DNA of 64,000 nucleotides, taken from assembly GCA_031361415.1 (NCBI GenBank), contig JANMCU010000235.1:5123-69122 (forward strand). Reading direction: 5' to 3'. Shown here piece after piece: positions 17,698 to 26,965 of this stretch. Numbering within the stretch: the stretch's first letter is position 1; every line of letters starts with the position of its first letter. The DNA is from Chloroflexota bacterium. Its GTDB lineage: Bacteria > Chloroflexota > Limnocylindria > Limnocylindrales > CSP1-4. Both the position numbers and the translations under genes were made by a program. The notes under the pieces were generated by a model. The model did no database searches and was not told the origin of the DNA. It worked only from the letters and a program-made list of their open reading frames with translations.

Positions 17698-17997
17698 ATG
17701 GAGGTCCTGACGACCATGAACATCATTTCCTGGATCATTCTCGGCGCGATCGCGGGTTATCTCGCGGGCTTCCTCGTGAAGGGTGACGAGGGCCTCGGGG
17801 TCATCGGGCACATCGTGCTCGGCATCGTCGGCGCGCTCGTCGGCGGCTTCCTCGCCAGCGTCCTGTTCAAGACCAATCCGATCGACGGCGCGTTCGACAT
17901 CAGCTCGATCGTCGTCGCGACCATCGGCGCGATCATCACCGTCGTGGTCGTGAACGCGGTCACCCACGGCAACCGGTCCGGTCGCGGGGCCATCTAG
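17698..17997 (+). CDS. GlsB/YeaQ/YmgE family stress-response membrane protein
   Basis: Transglycosylase-associated protein family pattern (IISWIILGAIAGYLAGFLV...GIVGALVGGFLA). Confidence 0.7.
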   Translation: MEVLTTMNIISWIILGAIAGYLAGFLVKGDEGLGVIGHIVLGIVGALVGGFLASVLFKTNPIDGAFDISSIVVATIGAIITVVVVNAVTHGNRSGRGAI

Positions 17998-18109
17998 CCC
18001 GCGCGAGCGCAAGCGGAGCCCGACTCCGCTCACCTCATCTGCGCGAACGCCCACCTGCCCAAAGGTGGGCGTTCCGATTCAGCAAGGCACAGCCTTGAAG
18101 GAGAACAGC

Positions 18110-18571
18110 ATGTCGAAGATCATGGAAGCCGTCGATGTCCGGGTGCCCGTTCGGACCGCATACGACCAGTGGACCCAGTTCGAGACGTTCCCGGAGTTCA
18201 TGGAGGGCGTGAAGTCCGTCCGCCAGCTCGACGACACGACCCTCGAGTGGGTCGCCGACGTCGCGGGTCGCGAGAAGACCTGGAAGGCGAAGATCACCGA
18301 GCAGGAGCCCGATCAGCGGATCGCCTGGACGTCTACCGAGGGCGCCCACAATGCCGGGGTCGTGACATTCCACCGCCTCGACGACGCCAGGAGCCGGGTC
18401 ACCCTCCAGCTCGACGTCGATCCCGAGGGTCCTCTCGAAAACGCCGGCGACGCGCTGGGCCTCGTGTCCCGCCGCGTGAAGGGCGACATGGAGCGCTTCC
18501 GCGAGTTCATCGAGGCGCGCGGCAACGAGACCGGAGCCTGGCGCGGCGAAGTCGACCAGACCGCGAACTGA
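18110..18571 (+). CDS. SRPBCC family protein (polyketide cyclase/dehydrase-like)
   Basis: START/Bet v1-like fold family; GGAG RBS before ATG. Confidence 0.8.
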   Translation: MSKIMEAVDVRVPVRTAYDQWTQFETFPEFMEGVKSVRQLDDTTLEWVADVAGREKTWKAKITEQEPDQRIAWTSTEGAHNAGVVTFHRLDDARSRVTLQLDVDPEGPLENAGDALGLVSRRVKGDMERFREFIEARGNETGAWRGEVDQTAN

Positions 18572-18611
18572 TCGGGCGCGGTCCGCCACCGCGGCAGAGT
18601 CTCACCCGGTC

Positions 18612-18644
18612 GACGCCGGCATCCCCTCGAGGGGCGCCGGCGTC
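18612..18644 (+). terminator. stem-loop immediately downstream of SRPBCC gene (no T-tract)
   Basis: gacgccggc-at-cccctcgagggg-c-gccggcgtc nested perfect palindromes. Confidence 0.4.
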
Positions 18645-18660
18645 ACCATGTCCGGCAAGA

Positions 18661-18716
18661 GCCGATCCGTCGCCGGTTGTCGCCGATCCGTCGCCGGTTG
18701 TCGCCGGCCGTTTGCC
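18661..18716. repeat. 21-bp tandem direct repeat (~2.6 copies)
   Basis: gccgatccgtcgccggttgtc x2 then gccggccgtttgcc. Confidence 0.55.
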
Positions 18717-18784
18717 AGTCGGCTGCAAGCAGGCCCGCCGCTCACCCGGGATCGCCGACGCCCTCGGGCCGGTAGGGTCGAGCG

Positions 18785-19159
18785 ATGATCACGATCTACC
18801 TCGATGGATCCGCAACTCTCGAGCCGGATGCCGTCGGTCGTCTCGCCCACCTCCTCGATTCCGAGCACGAGCTCGTCCTCGTCGCGGCCGCCGATCATCC
18901 GTCGGCCGCCGCCATGCCATGGGTCGGCCATCTGTCGGCGATGCCGGATGAGCCGACCCCCGGTTCGTGGTACCTCACCGCCGACCCGGACATGTGCGGC
19001 GATCGCCAGGCGGCGCTCCGGACGATCCTGATCGGCCCGCGCGCGAGCGGCCCGCGCCCGACGCGCTGCGACGCGACCGCCCGCGACCTGCGCGAGGCCG
19101 TCTTCGAGGTCCTGGCCGCCTCGGCGATGGCCGACGGCACGTCCGGTCGCCCGGCCTGA
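18785..19159 (+). CDS. hypothetical protein
   Basis: High GC3 coding signature; no recognisable domain. Confidence 0.45.
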   Translation: MITIYLDGSATLEPDAVGRLAHLLDSEHELVLVAAADHPSAAAMPWVGHLSAMPDEPTPGSWYLTADPDMCGDRQAALRTILIGPRASGPRPTRCDATARDLREAVFEVLAASAMADGTSGRPA

Positions 19160-19353
19160 CCGGACACCGCGCCACGCCGCCGGAAGGCGGCCGCCGGATG
19201 CCGACAGCGGACGGATGCAACACGGACAAGAGGCGGCTGCAACCTCCTGGCTCGCCAGTGGCGCGCCTCCGACAGTCGACGACCGGGAGACTGGAGCTGC
19301 GGGCTTCCGACCACTGGGGGTCCGGGAGCCCGCCTTCTGGTCCATGAGCTCCG

Positions 19354-19387
19354 CCCCGTCGGGCGCCCGCCGAGGCGCCCGACGGGG
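19354..19387. other. perfect 14-bp-stem hairpin in gene-poor region
   Basis: ccccgtcgggcgcc-cgccga-ggcgcccgacgggg. Confidence 0.5.
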
Positions 19388-19680
19388 CGGCCCGATCGAC
19401 CCGTCCGGCTCGTCCGCAGCGGCCTCGCCCGCCGTTATGCGGATGCAAGGCCCGGCCACCCGCTCGAAAGACTGGCGGCTCCGTCGGCCCCGTAGATTCG
19501 ACTCACGCTCGACGGTTCGCCAGCGAGTGCCAACAGCACACTCCCGTGGAGGCGCTTGTGACGGGGCGCCTTCACCCCGATCCCGCGGACGCCCGGAGCC
19601 CCCTCCTCCGGGCGTTCCGCTCGTCCGGGCCGGAAACGCAGGCGCGGCCCGAACCAGAGCGGGCCCGCCCGACACGAAGA

Positions 19681-19707
19681 CGCCGGTCGGCACAGTGCCG
19701 ACCGGCG
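19681..19707. terminator. perfect 13-bp-stem hairpin ~65 nt downstream of minus-strand DUF883-like gene stop; candidate terminator
   Basis: cgccggtcggcac-a-gtgccgaccggcg. Confidence 0.35.
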
Positions 19708-19771
19708 TCAACGATTTCGGGTGCCGGCGAGTCGACTGGTCCGTGGACCCGACGACCCGGGCGGGTCTGCC

Positions 19772-20125
19772 TCAGCGGTTGCGGATGGTCCGGGTGCCGC
19801 CGTGCCGGTCGAAGAGCGTGAAGCCCATCGCGGTCGCCGGGACGAGGGCGAGGATCACCAGCAGGCGGTTCGCGCCACCGAGCAGTAGGCCCATCGCCAG
19901 GCCGAGCGAGAGCGACGCTCCGACCGCGAGGACCTCGTCGGACTCGCCCTGGATGATCTGGTTGGCGCGCTCGAGCTGGACGCCGGTCGCGGACGCGGCA
20001 TCGGGCAGGCGCTGCGCCGCCGAAACCGCCCGATCCGCGACATCGCTCGCGATGCCTTTTGCGGTCTGGGCGAAGTCGGAGTCGTCGTTTCCGGCTCGGG
20101 AGCTCGTGGATGTCGTGCTGGCCAT
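19772..20125 (-). CDS. DUF883/ElaB-YqjD-like membrane-anchored stress protein
   Basis: Charged N-terminal region then C-terminal TM (LGLAMGLLLGGANRLLVILALV); ATG with GGAGGT RBS. Confidence 0.6.
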   Translation of the reverse strand: MASTTSTSSRAGNDDSDFAQTAKGIASDVADRAVSAAQRLPDAASATGVQLERANQIIQGESDEVLAVGASLSLGLAMGLLLGGANRLLVILALVPATAMGFTLFDRHGGTRTIRNR

Positions 20126-20362
20126 CGTGCGAATACCTCCAGGGGATTCAGGTTGGACTGCCTCGACGGTAGGTCGCGCCACGCCGCAACGACCACCGTC
20201 AGGCGGCGAGCCCGGTTGCAGGCGCATGACAGCCGCGAGACGGCCCCGACTGCAAGCGCGCTGTCATCTGGCCGGGCGACCGCCGACGCCGCCGCAATGT
20301 CCGCTCAACTAGGTTCATGGAAGTGGGCCGGACGATCGGCCTCATCAGCGGAGGATCCCACG

Positions 20363-20569
20363 ATGGGTTTCGAAGACACGAAGGCGGATGCCAACGAGGC
20401 GCTGCGCCACGTCGACAACAAGGCCAAGGAGACCTGGCGCAAGGCTGACGGGAACGAGAGCCTGTCCGACAAGGTCGCGAATGCCGGCGACGACATCCGC
20501 GGTGCGGTCGGCGATGCCGGGGACGAGGTCCGCCGTCACACCGACGACATGGACAATCGGCCCGGCTGA
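20363..20569 (+). CDS. CsbD-like general stress protein (68 aa)
   Basis: CsbD-like K/D/A-rich repeats (KADANEALRHVDNKAKETWRKADGNESLSDKVANAGDD); GGAGGA RBS. Confidence 0.55.
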   Translation: MGFEDTKADANEALRHVDNKAKETWRKADGNESLSDKVANAGDDIRGAVGDAGDEVRRHTDDMDNRPG

Positions 20570-20580
20570 GCCACCTCGTT

Positions 20581-20614
20581 CGAGACGCCTCCGCCGCGAT
20601 CGGCGGGGGCGTCT
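20581..20614. terminator. bidirectional stem-loop between convergent genes
   Basis: gagacgcctccgccg-cgat-cggcgggggcgtctc followed by GATTCCCCC. Confidence 0.45.
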
Positions 20615-20645
20615 CGATTCCCCCGCTCAGTCGAACGCGGCCGGG

Positions 20646-21863
20646 TCAACCGACCCGACGGCGACCGCGACCGCGATTGCGATCGCGCAACGTGAGGGCG
20701 ACATCGGCGGCGATGAGCACGAAGCCGGCGACGGCGATCGCCTCCGACCAACCTCGGCCGCCCCGCGTCTCGGCTGCCCGAGCCCGCGCTCCATCGAGTC
20801 GGGCGCCAAGCGGCGAGGATGGCTCGGTCGTGGCTACGCTTCCGGGACGCCGTCCGGCGAGCAGGTCGCGCTCGACCTGGAGGCGCTGGCGGTACAGGAT
20901 CTCCCACTCGTCATGGTCGATGTCGAGGGTCGCGAGCTGCCGGTCGACCGCAACCAGCGTGCTCGCCGCCGTCGCGAGGTCGTCGAGCCCGGCCGCCCCG
21001 GGCACGCCGCCGGCGACCTTCGGCGTCGTCAGGCGCTCGAGCAACGCCTCGACCGCCTGCGCCTCGGCCGACGTCGTCATCGATGCCGCGGTCGAGGTCA
21101 GGCGCGTCGCGATGGCGGCCCGCGCCCGAGCGACCGTCGTCCGCTTGCCGCCGATCGAGATGTCCGACGGATACAGCCCGATCTCGAGGCCCGGTCCGAC
21201 CAGCTCGACCGGCCGGCCCGGCACGAGCGACCGGATCCCGGGGCCGGCGATCCGGGCAAGCATCCGGCCCGGGATCGCGAGTGGCAGCGGGGCCGGCCTT
21301 CGGTCGACCGGTAGGCCGGCGTCGTCGAGGGCACGCTCGAGGTCAGCGACGACACGGTCGTAGCCGCCCGGATGGACGACGATCGGGACGTGGGCGTCCG
21401 TCCAGCCGATCGCGCGATGGTGGACGAACCGGGCCGTCCCGACGCCGGCGAGGATGACGAGCGTGACGGCCAGGGCCGCGCACAGGGGATATCCGCGAAC
21501 GATCTGCGCGACGACAGCCCGGCCCCGCGGCCGGTCGCCCGGCTCGAGCACGAACAGGGTTGCCGCACCGACCACGGCCGGCACGACGAGTGCGCCGATC
21601 AGCATCGCCAGGCGGATCCAGCCGCGGTCGATCGCGTTCGGTGCCGGGACGACCGCGACGAGGAACGCGCCGACGTCGGGCAGGACGATGCCGATGACAA
21701 GCGCCGCCCAGATCACGGAGCCGAACGTGACCAGGGCGAGGACGATCTGGCGGCTCTGGGGCACCCTCCCGAACAGCAGGCTGGACGCCCATCCCAGGGT
21801 GGTCGTCAGGACCCGGCCGGCGAACCGCCCGAGCACGCCGAGGATGCCGGCCAGGAACGCCAT
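20646..21863 (-). CDS. hypothetical multi-pass membrane protein, co-operonic with TopIB
   Basis: N-terminal ~4 TM helices, soluble middle region, C-terminal TM; 4-nt gap to upstream TopIB gene. Confidence 0.6.
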   Translation of the reverse strand: MAFLAGILGVLGRFAGRVLTTTLGWASSLLFGRVPQSRQIVLALVTFGSVIWAALVIGIVLPDVGAFLVAVVPAPNAIDRGWIRLAMLIGALVVPAVVGAATLFVLEPGDRPRGRAVVAQIVRGYPLCAALAVTLVILAGVGTARFVHHRAIGWTDAHVPIVVHPGGYDRVVADLERALDDAGLPVDRRPAPLPLAIPGRMLARIAGPGIRSLVPGRPVELVGPGLEIGLYPSDISIGGKRTTVARARAAIATRLTSTAASMTTSAEAQAVEALLERLTTPKVAGGVPGAAGLDDLATAASTLVAVDRQLATLDIDHDEWEILYRQRLQVERDLLAGRRPGSVATTEPSSPLGARLDGARARAAETRGGRGWSEAIAVAGFVLIAADVALTLRDRNRGRGRRRVG

Positions 21864-21866
21864 GCC

Positions 21867-22943
21867 TCAGCCCTTCCGCCGGGTGGCTGGTCGTGATCGC
21901 GCGGCATCCTCGCCGAGGCGGACCCTGAGGAGGGCGACGACGGCCCGCTCCTCGTCGGGATCGGTCGCTCCGGGCGGATCATTGGTTTCCTCGGCCGCGG
22001 TCAGGAGCGCCGTCCGGATCCGACCGTCGAGGTAGGCATCGACCACCGCCGGATGGACGTACGCCTGGCGGGCGACCGCCGGCGTATTGCCGAGGCTGTC
22101 GGCCGTCGCCCGGATCGCGGCCGCGACGTTGCGCTGCTTCTCCCGGTCGGTCGTCCCGCGGCCGATTGCCCGCAGGGCGCGATACGCGAGGACCGTTCCG
22201 GCCCACGTCCGGAAGTCCTTGGCCGTGACTCCGGGGGCGACGGCCGCGAGGTACGCATTGACGTCGTCCGAGGCGACGTCATGTGGCTCTCCGTCGTCGC
22301 CGACGTACTGGAAGAGCTCCTGGCCGGGCAGGTCGCGGCAGCGCCGTACGACCCGGGCAAGGCGCCGGTCGCGCAGCCCGACCTCATGGCGCAGGCCGGA
22401 CTTGCCGCGGAACCGGAACGTGATCTCCGAGCCGTCGATGGCGGCATGGCGGACGCGCAGCGTGGTCAGCCCGAACGAGCGGTTGAGCCGGGCGTATTCA
22501 TCGTTGCCGACTCGGATCAGGGTCAGCTCGAGCAGCCGGACGACCGCGGCCACGACCTTCTCGCGCGGCAAGCCGGAGCGCCCGAGATCGCGCTCGACCT
22601 GCTCTCGGATGGCGGGCAGCGCCTTTGCAAACGCGATCAGGCGCTCGAACTTCGCGCCAGAGCGTCGGTCCCGGTAGCGCGGGTGATACCGGTATTGCTT
22701 TCGATCCCGGGCGTCGCGGCCGGTTGCCTGGAGGTGGCCGTTCGGCTGGGGGCAGATCCAGACATCGGTCCAGGCCGGGGGGATCGCGATCGATCGAATC
22801 CGGGCGATCGTCTCCTGGTCGCGGATCGGGCGACCGTCGCGATCGCGGTAGCTGAAGCCACGGCCGGATCGGCGGCGGGTGATGCCGGGCCGATCGTCGA
22901 CCGCGTGGCGCAGGCCGGCGACGCCATTCTGATCGTCGCTCAT
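21867..22943 (-). CDS. DNA topoisomerase IB (poxvirus-type, bacterial TopIB)
   Basis: TopIB catalytic core (FRFRGKSGLRHEV, GNTPAVARQAYVHP with active-site Tyr region); start at Met97 of ORF. Confidence 0.8.
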   Translation of the reverse strand: MSDDQNGVAGLRHAVDDRPGITRRRSGRGFSYRDRDGRPIRDQETIARIRSIAIPPAWTDVWICPQPNGHLQATGRDARDRKQYRYHPRYRDRRSGAKFERLIAFAKALPAIREQVERDLGRSGLPREKVVAAVVRLLELTLIRVGNDEYARLNRSFGLTTLRVRHAAIDGSEITFRFRGKSGLRHEVGLRDRRLARVVRRCRDLPGQELFQYVGDDGEPHDVASDDVNAYLAAVAPGVTAKDFRTWAGTVLAYRALRAIGRGTTDREKQRNVAAAIRATADSLGNTPAVARQAYVHPAVVDAYLDGRIRTALLTAAEETNDPPGATDPDEERAVVALLRVRLGEDAARSRPATRRKG

Positions 22944-23215
22944 GGCCGGGCGGTCGCGTTCATCGTCCGGCAGCGTCGTCGATGACGCGTCTCGTAGACG
23001 CCGGCCAGCCGGCCCGGACGATGGCAGCGGCATTGCAGCGATCGGCGCGTTCGGCGGCGGACGGCCGCACTGCGCGAAGGGCGGCGGCCCGCCACGGACG
23101 CGGTCGTCATGCATTCGTCGCGCGGCGGCCGGTCCGGCACACGCCCGCGGGATGGGCGGCTCGACAGACTCCGACTGCCAGCGGGCCCCGCCCGACCAGA
23201 CCCCCAGGAGGACGT

Positions 23216-24454
23216 ATGGCTTCAGAACCACGTCCGATCGAGTCGACCGGCGCGTCGCCGACGAACGAGCGGTCGGTGACGGCTGCGACCCGGTCCGAGA
23301 CCGCGACCCCGTCCGAGACCGCCGCCCCGGCTCTCCTCCCGACCCCGGACGCGGAGCAGCCCATGACTGACGAACGCGCGCTCGACGATCGGGCCGACGT
23401 TTCGGCCGCCTCGTCGCTGCCGACCTCGAGCGCGGTCGACCAGGACGTGATCGTCGCGATTCACGGCGTGACCCATCGCTTCCAGGATCGCGACGTGCTG
23501 AGCGGCGTCGATCTGACCGTCCCGCGCGGGACGATCCTCGGGATCATCGGGCCTTCGGGAGCCGGCAAGACGACGACGATCCGGTTGCTGACCGGTGCGC
23601 TGACCCCGACCCGTGGCGAGGTCTCGGTCATGGGTCGCGTGCCGAAGCGCTTCCGGCGGACCGATCGCGAGCGGATCGGCTACATGCCCCAGTCGTTCGC
23701 CCTGTACGAGGACCTGACCGCGGGCGAGAACATCGACTTCGTCGCAAGCCTGTTCGGGATGCTCTGGCGGCGCCGGCGGCGGCGCGTCCGCGAGGTCCTG
23801 AAGCTCGTCGACCTGTGGGACGCCCGAGGCCGCCAGGCGGGTCGGCTGTCGGGCGGCATGCAGCGTCGGCTCGCCCTCGCCTGCGCCCTCGTCCACGAGC
23901 CGGAGCTGATCATCCTCGACGAACCCACGGCCGGCATCGATCCGCTCCTCCGGGGCTCGCTCTGGCAGGAGCTCCATCGTCTGCGCGACGCCGGCCGGAC
24001 GCTGCTGATCACGACCCAGCACGTGAGCGAAGCCGACGAATGCGACTCGGTGGCGATGATCGTCGGCGGCCGGATCATTGCCCTCGCGCCGCCGGCCGAG
24101 CTCCGCCGGATGGCCACCGACGGCGACCTCCTCGACATCGAGACCGCGGCGATGTACGACGGGAGCGATCTGTCCGGCATGGACGGCGTTCGCGCCGTGA
24201 CCCAGGACGGCCCGCGTCACCTGCGCGTGGTCGTGGCCGACGCGGGCAGCTCCCTGCCGGCCGTCGTCGAACGGATCCGGGCGTCCGGTGTCGAGGTCGT
24301 GTCGGCCCGCGAGCAGCGCCTTTCGTTCGATGAGATCTTCGCCATCCTCGTCTCCCGCAACGATGCGCAGCGCGCGGCCGAGGAGGCCGACGCGGCGTCC
24401 GATCCGTCCGGCCAGCCCGGCAGCCCGACCGACCGGTCGAAGGCGGCGGCATGA
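23216..24454 (+). CDS. ABC transporter ATP-binding protein with N-terminal low-complexity extension
   Basis: Walker A GPSGAGKTT, signature LSGGMQRR, Walker B LIILDEPTAGID; GGAGGA RBS. Confidence 0.85.
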   Translation: MASEPRPIESTGASPTNERSVTAATRSETATPSETAAPALLPTPDAEQPMTDERALDDRADVSAASSLPTSSAVDQDVIVAIHGVTHRFQDRDVLSGVDLTVPRGTILGIIGPSGAGKTTTIRLLTGALTPTRGEVSVMGRVPKRFRRTDRERIGYMPQSFALYEDLTAGENIDFVASLFGMLWRRRRRRVREVLKLVDLWDARGRQAGRLSGGMQRRLALACALVHEPELIILDEPTAGIDPLLRGSLWQELHRLRDAGRTLLITTQHVSEADECDSVAMIVGGRIIALAPPAELRRMATDGDLLDIETAAMYDGSDLSGMDGVRAVTQDGPRHLRVVVADAGSSLPAVVERIRASGVEVVSAREQRLSFDEIFAILVSRNDAQRAAEEADAASDPSGQPGSPTDRSKAAA

Positions 24455-25641
24455 ATCCATTCAAGCCGATGACCCGGGTCCTCGCGATCGTCGGTAAGGA
24501 GCTCGTGTCGATCCTTCGCCGGCCGGGGGCGCTGATCAGCCTGGTCTTCGGGCCGTTCCTGATCATGGCGATCTTCGGCGCCGGCTACAGCGGCTACCGG
24601 AGACCGCTCGACACGATCGTCGTGCTCCCGGCGACCGCGGGCCTGCCGATGGACGCGAAGACCTATCAGGACGTCGCCGGTGAAGGGCTCCATATCGCTC
24701 TCGTGACCTCCGATGAAGCCGCCGCGATGGACCAGCTGAACAATCAGGCCGTCGACATCGTGATCGTCGCCCCGACCGACCTGCAGGCCACCTTCGAGGC
24801 CGGTCATCGCTCCCAGATCGAGGTCCGGGTCAACCTGACCGACCCCGTGGCGGCGAGCTACGACACCTTCCTGGCTCGCGGCCTCGAGGCCGCGGTCAAT
24901 CGCCAGATCATCGAGCAGGCCGTGACCCAGGGACGGGACTATGCCATCAGCCAGGGCGCCGGCGCCGCGATCCCGATCCCGGCCGACGTGATCGCGGCGC
25001 CCACCAGTGCGTCGCTCGACAATGTCGCCCAGTCGCAGCCGACGGTCGTCCAGTACTTCGCTCCGGCCGTCCTCGCCCTGATCCTGCAGCACCTGGCGGT
25101 CACCCTGATCGCCCTGTCGGTGGTCCGCGAGAAGAACAGCGGCCTGTTCGAGCTGTTCCGGATCTCGCCGATCACGACCGCCGAGCTGGTCACCGGCAAG
25201 CTCGTTGCTTACGGCCTGTTCGCGGGCGCGGTCGCCCTGGCCACGATCGGGTTGCTGATCGTCGGGTTCCACGTCCCGATCCTCGCCCAGCCCGGCTGGA
25301 TCGCCCTGATCGCGGGCCTCCTGATCTCCTCGTCGCTCGGTCTGGGTCTGCTGATCGCCGCCGTCTCGGATTCGGAGCCGCAGACCGTCCAGCTGTCGCT
25401 CCTGGTCCTGCTCGCATCCGTCTTCTTCTCCGGGTTCGTCCTCGCGATCAGCGAATTCAGCGAGCCGGTCCGATCGATGATCTACATCCTTCCGGTGGCC
25501 AACGCGATCCGGCTCTTCAGCGACTTCATGTTCCGTGGCGGGACGGTCGTGGTCTGGCAGATCTGGCTGCTGGTCGGGCTGTCGGTGGCCTACATTGGCG
25601 GCGCGTGGCTCCTGCTCAGGCGCGTTGTCGCCCGGGCCTGA
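24451..25641 (+). CDS. ABC-2 family transporter permease
   Basis: ABC-2 6-TM architecture; ATGA overlap with ATPase gene. Confidence 0.85.
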   Translation: MNPFKPMTRVLAIVGKELVSILRRPGALISLVFGPFLIMAIFGAGYSGYRRPLDTIVVLPATAGLPMDAKTYQDVAGEGLHIALVTSDEAAAMDQLNNQAVDIVIVAPTDLQATFEAGHRSQIEVRVNLTDPVAASYDTFLARGLEAAVNRQIIEQAVTQGRDYAISQGAGAAIPIPADVIAAPTSASLDNVAQSQPTVVQYFAPAVLALILQHLAVTLIALSVVREKNSGLFELFRISPITTAELVTGKLVAYGLFAGAVALATIGLLIVGFHVPILAQPGWIALIAGLLISSSLGLGLLIAAVSDSEPQTVQLSLLVLLASVFFSGFVLAISEFSEPVRSMIYILPVANAIRLFSDFMFRGGTVVVWQIWLLVGLSVAYIGGAWLLLRRVVARA

Positions 25642-26123
25642 CGTTCAGGCGGGATCCCCACCCCCTGAACCGGCCGACCATTGGCGCGGGCTGGGCGCGC
25701 GATCGGAGATCGGTCAGACGACGATGACTCGCCTCCGGCCAACCCACGGATCGTGCGGCGGCGGCCCTTCAGGGACATAAAGCGTTTCGGTCGGAGCTGT
25801 GCGACCGTCGTCGGGGACCTGGCCCGGTCGACGTCGCGGCCCCCGACGTTCCGCGCGTCCAGCGCCTCGTCGCCGTCGGCCAGCCGGGTGGCCAACATCG
25901 GTCGATCACCGTTGCCCGGATGACCCCCGGACCCCGAGCCGGGTGAGCTCGGTCACGAGCTCGACTCCGACACGTTCAGCCCCGCCATACCTCTCCGGAC
26001 GCACGCGCTCCAGGGGCGCGCAGGCTGGGCGATGCGTGGGCGCTCAGATCATCGATGCCCTCGGGACACACGACGGCCGCGGCTCCGCCCGGAAGGCGAA
26101 GCCGCGGCCGAGATGAACAGCGA

Positions 26124-26540
26124 CTAGTAGCGGGGAGCGACCGGGTCGACCGGACGGCCGTCGGTGGCCTCCTCTTCGGTCTTGTCACCGGCCCCGGCAC
26201 CGCCCGCGGCACCGATCGCGCCGCCGACGACGGCACCCGGAGGCCCGGCCACCGCGCCACCGACAACCGCACCGGCAAGTCCGCCGACCAGGCCACCGGC
26301 GCCTGCGCCGGCCTCATCGTTGCCCTCGGTGCTCTCGCCAGCGACAGCGCCGCCGACCGCGCCGATCGCGCCGCCGACGACGGCGCCCGGAGGGCCACCG
26401 ACGGCCATGCCGACAGCAGCCCCGGTCAGGGCGCCGGCACCGGCGCCGACAGCCTCGTGGCCATGCTCGTCGGTACCCGCTCCTGGGTCGACGTTCTCGT
26501 CGAGCGGTCGGTTCTGATCGTTCAAATCGTGGTGAGACAT
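26124..26540 (-). CDS. glycine-zipper (Gly/Ala-rich) small protein with internal duplication
   Basis: Two copies of GGPPGAVVGGAIGAxGGAxAG; GGGAGAG RBS; moderate GC3. Confidence 0.5.
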   Translation of the reverse strand: MSHHDLNDQNRPLDENVDPGAGTDEHGHEAVGAGAGALTGAAVGMAVGGPPGAVVGGAIGAVGGAVAGESTEGNDEAGAGAGGLVGGLAGAVVGGAVAGPPGAVVGGAIGAAGGAGAGDKTEEEATDGRPVDPVAPRY

Positions 26541-26740
26541 GGTCGCTCTCCCTGTCTTGTGGCCGCGACCGCTGCTCGACGGTCGGCTTGATGACCACGA
26601 CGTTAGAGATCGGTCATCTGCGAAAGCGCATCGCCGCGGCGGCAGCGCATATCAGCCGCGTGACGAGCGGACGACCGGCCGACGGAGCCGCAGGGCCGGA
26701 ACTCGCACCGGAACTGATGCCGGCACTGGCGCCGAATCTC

Positions 26741-26817
26741 TTGCGCTCAGGCGGCCGCCGCCTACCGTCCGGGCGCGAGCGTCGAATCTCTTGCCCTAAG
26801 GCGGCTGCCGCCTACGC
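26741..26817. repeat. two ~37-bp imperfect direct repeats each containing an AGGCGGC/GCCGCCT inverted repeat
   Basis: gccgaatctcttgcgctcaggcggccgccgcctaccg and gtcgaatctcttgccctaaggcggctgccgcctacgc (33/37 identical). Confidence 0.55.
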
Positions 26818-26965
26818 GCCGGTGGCGGGACGAGCATTCCGAGCGTGACTCAATGCAGCCCATCGCCGGGACGCCGATTCCTGTAGGCGCGACTCGCCTC
26901 AGCGCAAGGAGCAGGCCCTCGATTTGCGGAGACGCAACGGTTCGCCCGGCCCCGCGGACGCGGCG

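Noticed and set aside
18661-18716. Possible CRISPR array
   Set aside because: Only 2.6 contiguous copies of a 21-bp unit with no spacers, and no cas genes in the window.
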